Part shown: piece after piece, positions 35,497-44,356 of the stretch
How positions within the stretch are numbered: the first letter of the stretch is position 1
How the letters are laid out: the number at the start of each line of letters is the position of its first letter
Source: Gemmatimonadota bacterium
Lineage (GTDB): Bacteria; Gemmatimonadota; Gemmatimonadetes; Palauibacterales; Palauibacteraceae
DNA length: 45,964 nucleotides
NCBI GenBank assembly: GCA_027295155.1
Contig: JAPULH010000001.1
Coordinates: 1 to 45,964, forward strand
Direction: 5' to 3'
The notes under the pieces: model-generated
Database searches by the model: none
What the model was told of the DNA's origin: nothing
What the model saw: only the letters and a program-made list of their open reading frames with translations
Position numbers and translations under genes: made by a program

Positions 35497-36176
35497 GCTC
35501 GTCCCCGGGAGGGCATGGGCCGCTCAGGAGCGGGCGGCAGAAGGTACTCCGGCTGCCAGCTCGGTACGTCGAGGACCCTACCCGCCGGTCGCTCCCTCAG
35601 AAGACACAGAAGACCCACCGCCTCCGGCCGCGTCAGCTCGGCCGAGAGAAGCCGGGCCCCCGCCTTCCGGAGGACCGTCGAGTGCTTCATCGCGCCTTCA
35701 CCGCCGAAGGTCCACCGATCGAGCGGCCCCAGCTCCGCCAGCAGATCGCCCAGGCATACTCGCCGCGGAGGGGCCAGCGAGCGCAACAGCACCGTGGACT
35801 CGTAGGTCGCGGCGTAAACGCGGTCCCCTCGGGCGTCGAACATGGCACAGGCGTTGCCGTCCACTGGCGAGCCCGCGAACACGGCAGCGAGGCTCGGATA
35901 GGCGAAGAGCGGCACCCCCCGAGCGAAGGAGAGCCCCTTCGCGAGTGCCGCAGCGATCCGAAGGCCCGTGAAGGAACCCGGTCCGGACCCGACGACGATC
36001 GCCTCGAGGTCGCCCACCCCCAGGTCACAGGCATCCAGGACGGCCTGGATCGCCGGCAGCATGGACTCGGAGTGCGAGGCCGGCACCCGGACCACGTGCT
36101 CGCCGAGAATACGCTCGCCATCTCCGATGGCTACGCTTCCCCGTGCCGTGCTGGAGTCCAACGCGAGGGCGAGCAT
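35493..36176 (-). CDS. tsaB: tRNA t6A biosynthesis protein TsaB (YeaZ)
   Basis: It reads MLALALDSSTARGSVAI...IVVGSGPGSFTGLRIAAALAKGL. Confidence 0.9.
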   Translation of the reverse strand: MLALALDSSTARGSVAIGDGERILGEHVVRVPASHSESMLPAIQAVLDACDLGVGDLEAIVVGSGPGSFTGLRIAAALAKGLSFARGVPLFAYPSLAAVFAGSPVDGNACAMFDARGDRVYAATYESTVLLRSLAPPRRVCLGDLLAELGPLDRWTFGGEGAMKHSTVLRKAGARLLSAELTRPEAVGLLCLLRERPAGRVLDVPSWQPEYLLPPAPERPMPSRGRA

Positions 36177-36206
36177 GGGACGCTCCTTCGGTAGGCCTAC
36201 CCGGCC

Positions 36207-36692
36207 TCAGGCCAGCGTGCGAGGGGCGCACGCTGGCAGCTCCGGCGCGTGACCACACCGGCATGCCTGTACGCGTCGGAGGAGCGGATCGTCCACGAAA
36301 CCCAGGCGTACGTCCCACCGGTCTCGCGGAAGGAGCGCGGCCGCGCGCTCCGCCCACTCCACGAACACGGGCCCGGGCCCTGACACGAGCTCCTCCCACC
36401 CGAGCTCCCATACCTGGCCGGCGGACTCGATCCGATAGAGATCGACGTGGTATACGTACCGCCCATCGGGAAGAGCGTGCCGATTGACCAGCGTGAACGT
36501 GGGGCTGGGCACTGGTCCCTCCACCCCGGCCGCCCGGCACGCGGAGCGTACAAGCGTGGATTTCCCGGAGCCGAGGGCGCCGTAAAGCGCCACGAACGTG
36601 TCCGAGGACGCGGCGACGCGACCGAGCTCGGCGCCCCAGAGAACGAGCTCTTCCTCGTCCACGACCCAGTCGAGGGCGCCGGCGACGATCAT
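36207..36692 (-). CDS. tsaE: tRNA t6A biosynthesis ATPase TsaE (YjeE)
   Basis: It has the P-loop [14 protein letters not shown], followed by [10 protein letters not shown] and HVDLYR. Confidence 0.9.
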   Translation of the reverse strand: MIVAGALDWVVDEEELVLWGAELGRVAASSDTFVALYGALGSGKSTLVRSACRAAGVEGPVPSPTFTLVNRHALPDGRYVYHVDLYRIESAGQVWELGWEELVSGPGPVFVEWAERAAALLPRDRWDVRLGFVDDPLLRRVQACRCGHAPELPACAPRTLA

Positions 36693-38779
36693 CGAGTCTC
36701 CATCGGGCCGGTATGCCGCAGGGCGCCGAGGCGGCTCCGCGGCGAACGCGATCGCCGGGCCGGCTCCAGGTCCGCCTTCACGTCGAACAGCTCATCGCGT
36801 ATCCGAGCGGCCCGCTCGAAATCCAGCCGCTCGGCCGCCGCTTTCATCTCGGCCTCGAGCCGCTCGACGAGCTCCTCCGGCTCCAGGTCGCCGTACGCCG
36901 CCAGGGCCTCGGCAAGCGCAGGCTCTTTCGTGCTGCGAGCGTCGGCCACGGCGGTGGTGAAACGGATCTCCTGCACCGACTTCACGATCGACCTCGGCTC
37001 GATCCCATGCTCGCGATTGTACCTCGCCTGCGCCTTGCGCCTCCGCTCGGTCTCCTCGATTGCGTATCGCATCGCACCTGTCACCCGGTCGGCATACAGG
37101 ATCGCCGCGCCGTACAGGTTTCGGGCGGCCCTTCCGATCGTCTGAACGAGCGAGCGGTCCGATCGCAGGAACCCCTCCTTGTCGGCATCCAGGATCGCCA
37201 CGAGGGAGACCTCCGGCAGATCCAGGCCCTCGCGGAGCAGGTTGATCCCCACCAGCACGTCGAAGACGCCCAGGCGCAGGTCGCGGAGGATCTCGACACG
37301 CTCGATCACGGCGATGTCGGAATGCAGGTAGCGCACGCGGACCCCGCGGTCGGCGAGGAACTCAGTGAGGTCCTCCGCCATCCGCTTCGTCAGAGTCGTC
37401 ACGAGGATCCGCTCCCGGCGCGCCGTTCGGACCCGGATCTCCTCGAGCAGATCGTCCACCTGCCCGCGCACGGGACGCACGTGGACTTCCGGATCCAGCA
37501 GCCCGGTCGGCCGGATGAGCTGCTCCACCACCACCCCCCCGCAGCGATCGAGCTCGTAGTCACCCGGCGTCGCGCTCACGAAGAGCGCCCGCGGCACGAG
37601 CTCCTCCCACTCCGGGAAGCTGAGGGGACGGTTGTCGAGAGCCGAGGGCAGGCGAAACCCGTGATCGACGAGAGTGAGCTTTCGGCTTCGATCACCCTTG
37701 TACATCGCCCGAAGCTGGGGCACGGAGACGTGCGATTCGTCGAGGATAAACAGATACTCCTCCGGGAAATAGTCGAGAAGACAGAAAGGGCGCTCGCCGG
37801 GGGCCCGACCATCTAGGTGCCGCGAGTAGTTCTCGATCCCCGGGCAAACACCAATCTCCCGCAACATCTCGAGATCGAACTTCGTCCGTGTCTCCAGCCG
37901 TTGGGCCTCCAGCAGACGCCCGTCATCGCGCAGTCCGGGGAGGCACGCCTCGAGCTCCTGGCCGATGGAGTCGATGGCCGCCTGCAGGCGTCCGTGCCCG
38001 GTCGCATAGTGCGTGGCCGGATAGATGGCCGTCTGCGCCAGCGTGGCGATCGTCTCTCCGGTCAGGGGGTTGATCTTCGATATCCGTTCGATCTCGTCTC
38101 CCCACAGCTCGATCCGAACCGCCTGTTCCTCGTAGGCCGGGTACACCTCGATGACATCGCCCCGCACGCGGAAGACGCCGCGGGTGAAGTCGAGGTCGTT
38201 CCGCCCATACTGGATCTGCACCAACCCCTCCAGAATCTCGCGCCTGGAGACCCGTTGGCCCCGACCGAGCGTGAGCATGAGGGAGCGGTATTCCGCCGGG
38301 TGGCCGAGGCCGTAGATCGCCGACACCGATGCCACGACGATCACGTCGCGACGCTCCATCAGCGATGACGTCGTGCGCAGCCGGAGCCGATCAATGTCCT
38401 CGTTGATGGAGGAGTCCTTCTCGATGTACGTGTCCGTCTCCGGAACGTACGCCTCGGGCTGGTAATAGTCGTAGTAGGAGACGAAGTACTCGACCGCGTT
38501 GTGCGGGAAGAACTGCTTGAGCTCACCGTAGACTTGCGCCGCGAGCGTCTTGTTGTGGCTCATCACCAGCGTGGGCATGCCGAGCCGGGCGATCACCGCC
38601 GCCATCGTCACGGTCTTCCCGCTACCGGTCACGCCGAGCAGCGTCTGCCAGCGCTCGCCGCCTTCGAACCTCTCCGTCAGCTCTTCGATCGCCTTCGGTT
38701 GATCTCCCGTCGGCTCGAAGGGAAGCGTCAGGTCGAAGGTCTCACGCACCTCCGGCTCGCCGGACCTTCCTCGGCTCAA
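36689..38779 (-). CDS. uvrB: excinuclease ABC subunit B
   Basis: The 696-aa product contains [17 protein letters not shown], the helicase motifs and a C-terminal UVR domain ([16 protein letters not shown]). Confidence 0.97.
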   Translation of the reverse strand: MSRGRSGEPEVRETFDLTLPFEPTGDQPKAIEELTERFEGGERWQTLLGVTGSGKTVTMAAVIARLGMPTLVMSHNKTLAAQVYGELKQFFPHNAVEYFVSYYDYYQPEAYVPETDTYIEKDSSINEDIDRLRLRTTSSLMERRDVIVVASVSAIYGLGHPAEYRSLMLTLGRGQRVSRREILEGLVQIQYGRNDLDFTRGVFRVRGDVIEVYPAYEEQAVRIELWGDEIERISKINPLTGETIATLAQTAIYPATHYATGHGRLQAAIDSIGQELEACLPGLRDDGRLLEAQRLETRTKFDLEMLREIGVCPGIENYSRHLDGRAPGERPFCLLDYFPEEYLFILDESHVSVPQLRAMYKGDRSRKLTLVDHGFRLPSALDNRPLSFPEWEELVPRALFVSATPGDYELDRCGGVVVEQLIRPTGLLDPEVHVRPVRGQVDDLLEEIRVRTARRERILVTTLTKRMAEDLTEFLADRGVRVRYLHSDIAVIERVEILRDLRLGVFDVLVGINLLREGLDLPEVSLVAILDADKEGFLRSDRSLVQTIGRAARNLYGAAILYADRVTGAMRYAIEETERRRKAQARYNREHGIEPRSIVKSVQEIRFTTAVADARSTKEPALAEALAAYGDLEPEELVERLEAEMKAAAERLDFERAARIRDELFDVKADLEPARRSRSPRSRLGALRHTGPMETR

Positions 38780-41004
38780 GGGGCTTCGAGCGTGAGGTCA
38801 CTCTCCACGAAGCTCTCCCGCCGCTCGACCGACAGCACGCCCTTCACCCGCCTGACGTGCTTCACCACCTTCTTCAGGTGAGAGAGGTTCTCGACCTCCA
38901 CGACGAACTGGCCTCGCAGGCCGCCCTCGATCGCCCGGATGTCGGCGGACTGGATGTTGGTGCCCGTGTCGGAGATCGAGCGGGCGATGTCGGCGAACAG
39001 CCCGTGGCGGTCGGTCCCCTCCAGCACCAGGCGAACCACGAACCGCTGACTGCCGTCGGAGTCCCACTCGATGTCCACCCGTCGCTCCGGCCGGTCCGAG
39101 AGGTTCAGCACGTTCGGGCAGTCGCTCCGGTGGATCGAGACCCCCCGTCCTCGGGTGATGTATCCGATCACGTCATCCCCCGGCACCGGCTGACAGCACT
39201 GGGAATAGCGCACCATCAGGTTGTCCATCCCCTGGATGCGGATGCCCTTCTGGCTGCGCACGCGGTCCACGAGCTTGGAGAACGCTCCTCCCGCCGTGTC
39301 CCGCGCCGGGCCCTTCTCTTCCGGGAACACCGTCCGGATCACCTTCGTGAGTCCGAGATCGCCGCGCCCGACGGCGGCATGGAGCCCGTCCACTCCTCCC
39401 TCCAGCTTCAGCTCCATCGCCGCTTCCAGGAGGCGGGACACGTCGGGGCGCTTCCGCAACTTCTTCCACTCCCGCAGGAGGATCTCCTTGCCCAGCGCGA
39501 CCGCCGACTCGTACTCCTCGCGGCGGATCCACTGGCGGATCTTGCTCCGGGCCCGGCTCGTGCGGACGAACCCCAACCAGTCGCGGCTGGGGGTCTTGGA
39601 GTCCGAGGTGATGACCTCCACCGTGTCGCCGTTGCGAAGGGGCCGCGAGAGCGGGGCGATCCGGCCGTTCACGCGGGCACCGGCGCAGTGGGTGCCCACC
39701 TCCGTGTGAACGGCGAAGGCGAAATCGATCGGCGTCGCCCCTTTCGGGAGCTGCTTCACATCTCCGGCGGGCGTGAAGACGAAGATCTCGTCCTGGTAGA
39801 GGTCGATCTTCAGGAACTCCATGAACTCCTCGGGCTCCCGGGTCTCCTGCTGCCACTCCAGGACCTGCCGGAACCACGACAGGTGCGCGTCCAGCTCGTC
39901 CTCGCGCTCGACCCCCTCCTTGTAGCGCCAGTGTGCCGCGATCCCGTAATCGGCCGTCCGGTGCATTTCCCGCGTCCGGATCTGGATCTCGTACAGCCGG
40001 CCACCCGGCCCGAAGATCGTCGTGTGCAGGCTCTGGTAGAGGTTCGACTTCGGGCTGGCGATGTAGTCGTGGAAGCGCTCGGTGAGCGGCGTCCACTTGT
40101 TGTGGACAATGCCGAGGGCGTGATAGCAGTCGCGCACCGAGTCCACGAGGACGCGCATGGCCAGCACGTCGTAGATCTCGTCGTACGGCTTGTTCCTGTT
40201 CTCCATCTTCCGGTAGATCGACCAGAGGTGCTTCGGGCGGCCGTACACCTCCGCGGGCAGGCCCGCCGCTTCCAGCTCCAGGCGGAGCGGCTCCTCCATG
40301 CGACGGACGAGCTCCTCTCGCTCGCTCCGCTTGTTCGCGACCTTCCGTACGAGCTCGCGGTACTCGTCGGGCTCCAGGAACTTGAAGGCCAGGTCCTCGA
40401 GCTCCCACTTGAGCCTCGCCATCCCGAGCCGGTGCGCGAGCGGCGCGTAGATCTCGCGCGTCTCGAGCGCCACGCGACGCCGCTTTGCGTCGGGCAGGTG
40501 CTCGAGGGTGCGCATGTTGTGCAGGCGATCCGCCAGCTTCACGATGATGACGCGGGTGTCCTTCGCCATCGACAGCAGCAGCCGGCGATAGTTCTCCACC
40601 TGTTGCTCGGCGAGAGATCCGAAGCGGAACCGCGAGATCTTGGTGAGGCCCGCGACGATCGTGGCGATCTCCTCGCCAAACTCCTCGCGGATCTCCTCGA
40701 TCGGGGTGCCCGTATCCTCGACCACGTCGTGCAGCAACGATGCGGCGATGCTCACCGTGTCCAGGTAGATCTCGGAGAGGATCTTGGCGACATCGACGCA
40801 GTGCCGGATGAACTCCTCGCCGGAGCGCCGTTTCTGCCCGGCGTGCTTGTCAGCGGCGTACTGGAAGGCGAGCGCCAGCAGCTCAAGGTCGAGGCGCTCC
40901 TCGTGCCCCCGCACCGCCTCGAGAAAGTCCGCGGGGAGGAGCGATACGACGCCCGCCCGCCCGGACGCATCCAGTCCTGTCAGCTCGACTTCCGGCTTGG
41001 CCAT
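38776..41004 (-). CDS. rel: bifunctional (p)ppGpp synthetase/hydrolase (RelA/SpoT homologue)
   Basis: It has an HD domain (HDVVEDT), a synthetase domain (YRSLHT-like [11 protein letters not shown]; RTREMH), then TGS and ACT C-terminal domains. Confidence 0.95.
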   Translation of the reverse strand: MAKPEVELTGLDASGRAGVVSLLPADFLEAVRGHEERLDLELLALAFQYAADKHAGQKRRSGEEFIRHCVDVAKILSEIYLDTVSIAASLLHDVVEDTGTPIEEIREEFGEEIATIVAGLTKISRFRFGSLAEQQVENYRRLLLSMAKDTRVIIVKLADRLHNMRTLEHLPDAKRRRVALETREIYAPLAHRLGMARLKWELEDLAFKFLEPDEYRELVRKVANKRSEREELVRRMEEPLRLELEAAGLPAEVYGRPKHLWSIYRKMENRNKPYDEIYDVLAMRVLVDSVRDCYHALGIVHNKWTPLTERFHDYIASPKSNLYQSLHTTIFGPGGRLYEIQIRTREMHRTADYGIAAHWRYKEGVEREDELDAHLSWFRQVLEWQQETREPEEFMEFLKIDLYQDEIFVFTPAGDVKQLPKGATPIDFAFAVHTEVGTHCAGARVNGRIAPLSRPLRNGDTVEVITSDSKTPSRDWLGFVRTSRARSKIRQWIRREEYESAVALGKEILLREWKKLRKRPDVSRLLEAAMELKLEGGVDGLHAAVGRGDLGLTKVIRTVFPEEKGPARDTAGGAFSKLVDRVRSQKGIRIQGMDNLMVRYSQCCQPVPGDDVIGYITRGRGVSIHRSDCPNVLNLSDRPERRVDIEWDSDGSQRFVVRLVLEGTDRHGLFADIARSISDTGTNIQSADIRAIEGGLRGQFVVEVENLSHLKKVVKHVRRVKGVLSVERRESFVESDLTLEAP

Positions 41005-41054
41005 GCGCCCACGAGACGAAAGAGGAAACCCCCGAGTGCCGAACGGCCCTCCGG

Positions 41055-41075
41055 TATCTAGATATTAGGTATACC
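41055..41075. promoter_or_regulatory. AT-rich double palindrome upstream of rel
   Basis: TATCTAGATA (41055-41064) and GGTATACC (41068-41075) form the only AT-rich patch in the rel upstream spacer. A regulatory role is inferred only from position and composition. Confidence 0.3.
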
Positions 41076-41097
41076 AAGATCCCGTCGCGCGGTTGCA

Positions 41098-41162
41098 TCA
41101 CGGGACCTTCCTCGACGTGCAGCCGCGCTCGGGTGGTTGTGCGCGAGGATCAGGCTGGCGGC
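41098..41162 (-). pseudogene. radC 3'-end remnant (duplicated fragment with an internal ~130-nt deletion)
   Basis: Positions 41104-41132 match 41769-41797 at 27/29, and 41133-41162 match 41928-41957 at 29/30. The deletion junction falls at the repeated CGCTCGG. The remnant still encodes LILAHNHPS and a variant C-terminus (CTSRKVP-stop). Confidence 0.7.
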
Positions 41163-41169
41163 CAGTCCG

Positions 41170-41406
41170 TCAAGCAGAGGCGAGTTTGCGGACGTGGAGG
41201 ATCTCCCGGTCCTCCAACGGTCGGAGATCTGCCCGGTTGAGCGTTAGCACGGCGACCGTGCGACCCTCGCCGGCCACAAACTCCACCTCGTATCCCTCGC
41301 CGTTCCCGTATCGATGCACCACGGTTCCGACATCCCCCTCGTTCAACCCGCTGTCGGGGATGTCTCGCGTGAGTACAACGCTCTCGAGCTCTTCGAACAT
41401 CTCCAT
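41170..41406 (-). CDS. DUF4926-domain protein
   Basis: The 78-aa product contains FEELESVVLTRDIPDSGLNEGDVGTVVHRYGNGEGYEVEFV...VAVLTL, which matches the DUF4926 pattern as I remember it. Its start lies 2 nt after the stop of the upstream gene. Confidence 0.8.
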   Translation of the reverse strand: MEMFEELESVVLTRDIPDSGLNEGDVGTVVHRYGNGEGYEVEFVAGEGRTVAVLTLNRADLRPLEDREILHVRKLASA

Positions 41407-41408
41407 GC

Positions 41409-41735
41409 CTACCAGGGATAGGCGGTCACGAGGCGTGGAGCCTCAGTCTCGCGTTCCTGAATCCATACCGTTCGTAGGGCTACCTGGGTCCCTCGCGGGG
41501 TCTCCAGGAGCCCGTCAACAAGGTACTTCCGACCGAACGTCGTCGGCACCTCGGCGCTAATCGTGCCGCTCCCCGCAAGCTCCCGCAGTGCCCGTTCGAG
41601 CTGGTCTACGCCGTCAAATCCCAGCGCGCGGAAAAACCGAGCCTTGAACCGACCCGCAGGATGTGTACTCGAGAGCAGATAGCCCTCGAGCTTCCTTCGC
41701 GGAATCTGTACGTCATCCGCTCGCGGCAGCTTCAC
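41409..41735 (-). CDS. DUF6883-domain protein
   Basis: The 108-aa product contains KLEGYLLSSTHPAGRFKARFFRALGF...RTVWIQERETEAPRLVTAYP, which matches the DUF6883 pattern as I remember it. It starts 20 nt downstream of the radC stop. Confidence 0.78.
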   Translation of the reverse strand: MKLPRADDVQIPRRKLEGYLLSSTHPAGRFKARFFRALGFDGVDQLERALRELAGSGTISAEVPTTFGRKYLVDGLLETPRGTQVALRTVWIQERETEAPRLVTAYPW

Positions 41736-41755
41736 CCGTCATCTCCCGCCTCCAT

Positions 41756-42451
41756 CTAGACCTTCCTCGGCGTACAGCCGCGCTCGGCCAGGCTTACGTA
41801 GGTGGAATCCCCGAGAATCACGTGATCCCTCACGGGGATGCCCAGCAGGCAGCCGCTCTCCATGAGCTGAACCGTCACGGCCAGGTCTTCCGGTGACGGC
41901 TCCGGATCGCCGCTCGGGTGGTTGTGCGCGAGGATCAGACTGGCGGCGCCGTGGGTCATGGCGGGGCCGAACACCTCGCGCGGGTGCACGAGCGAGGAGT
42001 TGAGCAGCCCCACCGTGAGGCAGCGCTCCAGGAGAATGCGGTTCTGCGTGTCCAGGTAGATCACCCAGAACTCCTCCTGCCGCCGGTCGCGCAGCTTGTC
42101 GCCCAGCCGACGAAACACGTCCCGCGGCCCCGCAATCCGCGTGGAGACGCGCGCCCGCTCCCCGGCCATCCGCCGGCCCAGCTCGAACGCAGCAGCGACG
42201 GCGGCCGCCCGTGCGGGCCCAATTCCCGTCACGGCGACGAGCTCACCCGGATCCGCACGACCCAGGCGCCGCAGGGAACCCTCGTAGCGGGCTAGCAGAT
42301 CCACCGCCACGTCGATGGACGATCGGCCTCCCACGCCCGAGCCGAGCAGGATCGCCAGTAGCTCCCGCGCGGCGAGGGCGCGAGGTTGTAGCGCCACGAG
42401 GCGCTCCCGCGGCCGCTCGTCGGCCGGCCACTCTCGGATGGTGGGAGTCAA
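41756..42451 (-). CDS. radC: RadC-family JAB/MPN-domain protein
   Basis: It reads ERPRERL...ELLAILLGSG in the HhH region and has the JAMM motif LILAHNHPSGDPEPSPED. It uses a TTG start. Confidence 0.9.
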   Translation of the reverse strand: MTPTIREWPADERPRERLVALQPRALAARELLAILLGSGVGGRSSIDVAVDLLARYEGSLRRLGRADPGELVAVTGIGPARAAAVAAAFELGRRMAGERARVSTRIAGPRDVFRRLGDKLRDRRQEEFWVIYLDTQNRILLERCLTVGLLNSSLVHPREVFGPAMTHGAASLILAHNHPSGDPEPSPEDLAVTVQLMESGCLLGIPVRDHVILGDSTYVSLAERGCTPRKV

Positions 42452-42570
42452 CGGGACGACGGACGGAAAGCGATCTGGAACGTCGGGGAGAACATGACCG
42501 CAGGGTGAGGCGACCGATCAAGGCCGGCTCAAGCGCCGCGGTCCGTGGGCGCCGCGGAGGGCCCGCCGAA

Positions 42571-42768
42571 TCAGTCCAGGCCGGCGGCCTTACGGAGGGC
42601 GTCGTTGACCGCTTCCGTGTTCGGGAACGCGGCGGCAACGTCGGGATCGAGAACGACCACGTTGCTCCCCTCCGCGTTCCGCGAGGCATACTTCCCGCGC
42701 TCGCCGTGGGAGAAGTCGTACTCGGCGCGCATGTCCTCGGAGACGCGGTCTTCAGGTCCCTTCTTCAT
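42571..42768 (-). CDS. BrnA-like small antitoxin
   Basis: The 65-aa product from ATG 42768 contains the EYDFSHGERGKY motif and a C-terminal VVVLDPDVAAAFPNTEAVNDALRKA, typical of BrnA/DUF4415-like antitoxins. Its start overlaps the brnT-like reading frame. Confidence 0.6.
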   Translation of the reverse strand: MKKGPEDRVSEDMRAEYDFSHGERGKYASRNAEGSNVVVLDPDVAAAFPNTEAVNDALRKAAGLD

Positions 42769-42936
42769 ACTGTCTTCGTTCCGCGCGCGTGGCGCGGCGG
42801 GCTGAGATGATCCGGAGGAGGTCTCCCACTTCCGTGTGGACGCCACGAATAGCCGCCGACGAAACGAGACCCCCATCGTGACGTTTGCAAGGCTGAGCGC
42901 AGCGAGGCTGCGGCGGGACCCAACGTGAGCGCCACG
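42752..42936 (-). pseudogene. BrnT (DUF497)-like toxin remnant
   Basis: One frame reads GVHTEVGDLLRIISARRATRAERRQYEEGT-stop (stop at 42752-42754), the characteristic BrnT C-terminus. A GVSF-containing N-terminal piece (ANVTMGVSF, about 42861-42890) lies in a different frame and only ~20 codons upstream. This implies an internal deletion plus a frameshift, and an in-frame TAG lies further upstream. Confidence 0.45.
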
Positions 42937-43110
42937 ACAGAACCTAGCTTGCCTCCGCGACCGTCGCATGCCGGCTAGATTACCAAACCGCCGTTGTCGT
43001 GGCCGTGCTGCTCCAAACCTGTGCACCGCGATTACAGCCAACCGTCGCGGCCACTGGCGAACTCGGCGAGCCGGCAGTGGACCTGTTATCTGCCGTGGCC
43101 TCCTGGGATG

Positions 43111-43342
43111 TCAGCCATACGCCAGAAGCTTCCCGACCTGTCGCAGCTCCCCGTGGCCTGCCCTCAGCTCCTCCTCCACCTGCTCCAGATACCACATCGT
43201 CGTCCGATCGTAGTACCGCTCGCCACATGTTTGGCAGACAGGGATCTCGATCGACACGTAGAACAAGATCCTCGCCGACAGGAATTGCCTCCTTGACCGT
43301 TTGAGGCACGATCTCCAGCCCATGACACACCAAGCACTTCAT
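43111..43342 (-). pseudogene. YgiT-type zinc-finger antitoxin, frameshifted
   Basis: ATG 43342 opens MKCLVCHGLEIVPQTVKEAIPVGEDLVL. The expected continuation, FYVSIEIPVCQTCGERYYDRTTMWYLEQVEEEL, is in the +1 frame (ORF 43111..43323). The break is near 43258-43270. Confidence 0.6.
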
Positions 43343-43637
43343 TGCCCCCTCCGATCCCGGAACTCCTCGTCCCACCGGAGTGGATCCAGCTCGTAGACCG
43401 TCACCACTACCAAGTAATCCTCTGCCTCCGCGTACGCGCACACCAAGTGCAGCGGCCGGCTGAAGTCCTGCCCAAGACCAGCACGCTCGGATACGGTTGA
43501 TCTTCAGGGTACTCCTCGATGACCGCACGTGTGCTGGCCGCCTCATACACCTCGTGCTCTCGGATCGCTCCAAACTGCTCACTGCGCATCTCGTTCCGAG
43601 CGTGCTGCGAGTAGAACACGGGTCCTCGGCAAAGCAT
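43339..43637 (-). pseudogene. DUF4258-domain toxin, frameshifted
   Basis: The sequence runs FYSQHARNEMRSEQFGAIREHEVYEAASTRAVIEEYPEDQPYPSVLVLG, then the frame breaks near 43475-43485. The continuation QDFSRPLHLVCAYAEAEDYLVVVTVYELDPLRWDEEFRDRRGQ ends in a TGA that overlaps the YgiT ATG (ATGA). Confidence 0.65.
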
Positions 43638-44313
43638 CGCGCTATCCTCTGAGCCCGGCCCTCTGTGACTATCGACCCCCCTCAGCCAAAGGCCATGTCA
43701 GCTAACTCGCCCATTCGCGAACCGGGGGTCATGAAGCGTGCCCCGGAAGGTGGGTTTGCGAACTGGGTTTCGGCAATATGCCTAATGTCCCTGCCTGGGC
43801 GACGTATGTTCGCAGACGTACCGTCTGGAGAACCTGCCTGCCGCCAGAGCCCGTGGGTATACGGAGTGAGCATCGGACGCGCCAAGGAAAGACCACAGAG
43901 GCGTCTCCCCGCCGAATCGCCGCGTTTGCCAGGGGCGCCTGCCCGCCTCAACGCCGCCCAAAGTGCGCGATGGACGCCGCAACGCCGTCTCCCGGACGCA
44001 AGGAGTGTCACGGCAGCGAGCGGCCGCCGGCGCGACCCACGAGGCTTCCGCGAGCGAGCATCGGACGCCCCGAGGAGACCCCGCAGCGGAGCGAGGAGGC
44101 TCCGAGGAAAAGGCGTCTGTCGGCTCGCGAGGGGGAACTCGCGGGGCGCGTTACGAGGCGGCCGCTAGCCGATCCGTCCGTGACACTTCTTGTACGCTTA
44201 TCCGCCCACCACGAGAACGTACCCAGCGGTACTAACCCGCACCAATTGGGGCTTGACGGGCGATGAGGCGGGACAGCGTTTCCCGCTCTGTGCCGCTCAG
44301 TGTGTCGGGGTTA

Positions 44314-44331
44314 CGGCACAATCGCGGCACA
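44314..44331. repeat. left copy of an 18-bp inverted repeat (CGGCACAATCGCGGCACA)
   Basis: It is the exact reverse complement of 45144-45161 and is built from two CGGCACA heptamers at an 11-nt period. Confidence 0.85.
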
Positions 44332-44356
44332 GCCCTGACGTGGTAAGCCGATGCGT

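Noticed and set aside
42769-43041. The 156-aa minus-strand ORF 42571..43041 as a single gene
   Set aside because: Only the last 65 codons (the BrnA-like part) look genuine. The upstream part is R/S-rich and is better explained as out-of-frame debris of a BrnT-like gene.
43880-43900. An RNase P-like GGAAAG motif (CCAAGGAAAGACCACAG)
   Set aside because: It lacks the GGAAAGUCCGGGC core and the other universally conserved RNase P blocks.
44146-44156. An 11-mer, CGCGTTACGAG, shared between the accB-accC element (12529-12539) and the non-coding stretch at ~44146
   Set aside because: An 11-nt match is expected many times by chance in 46 kb of GC-rich sequence, and the flanks do not align.
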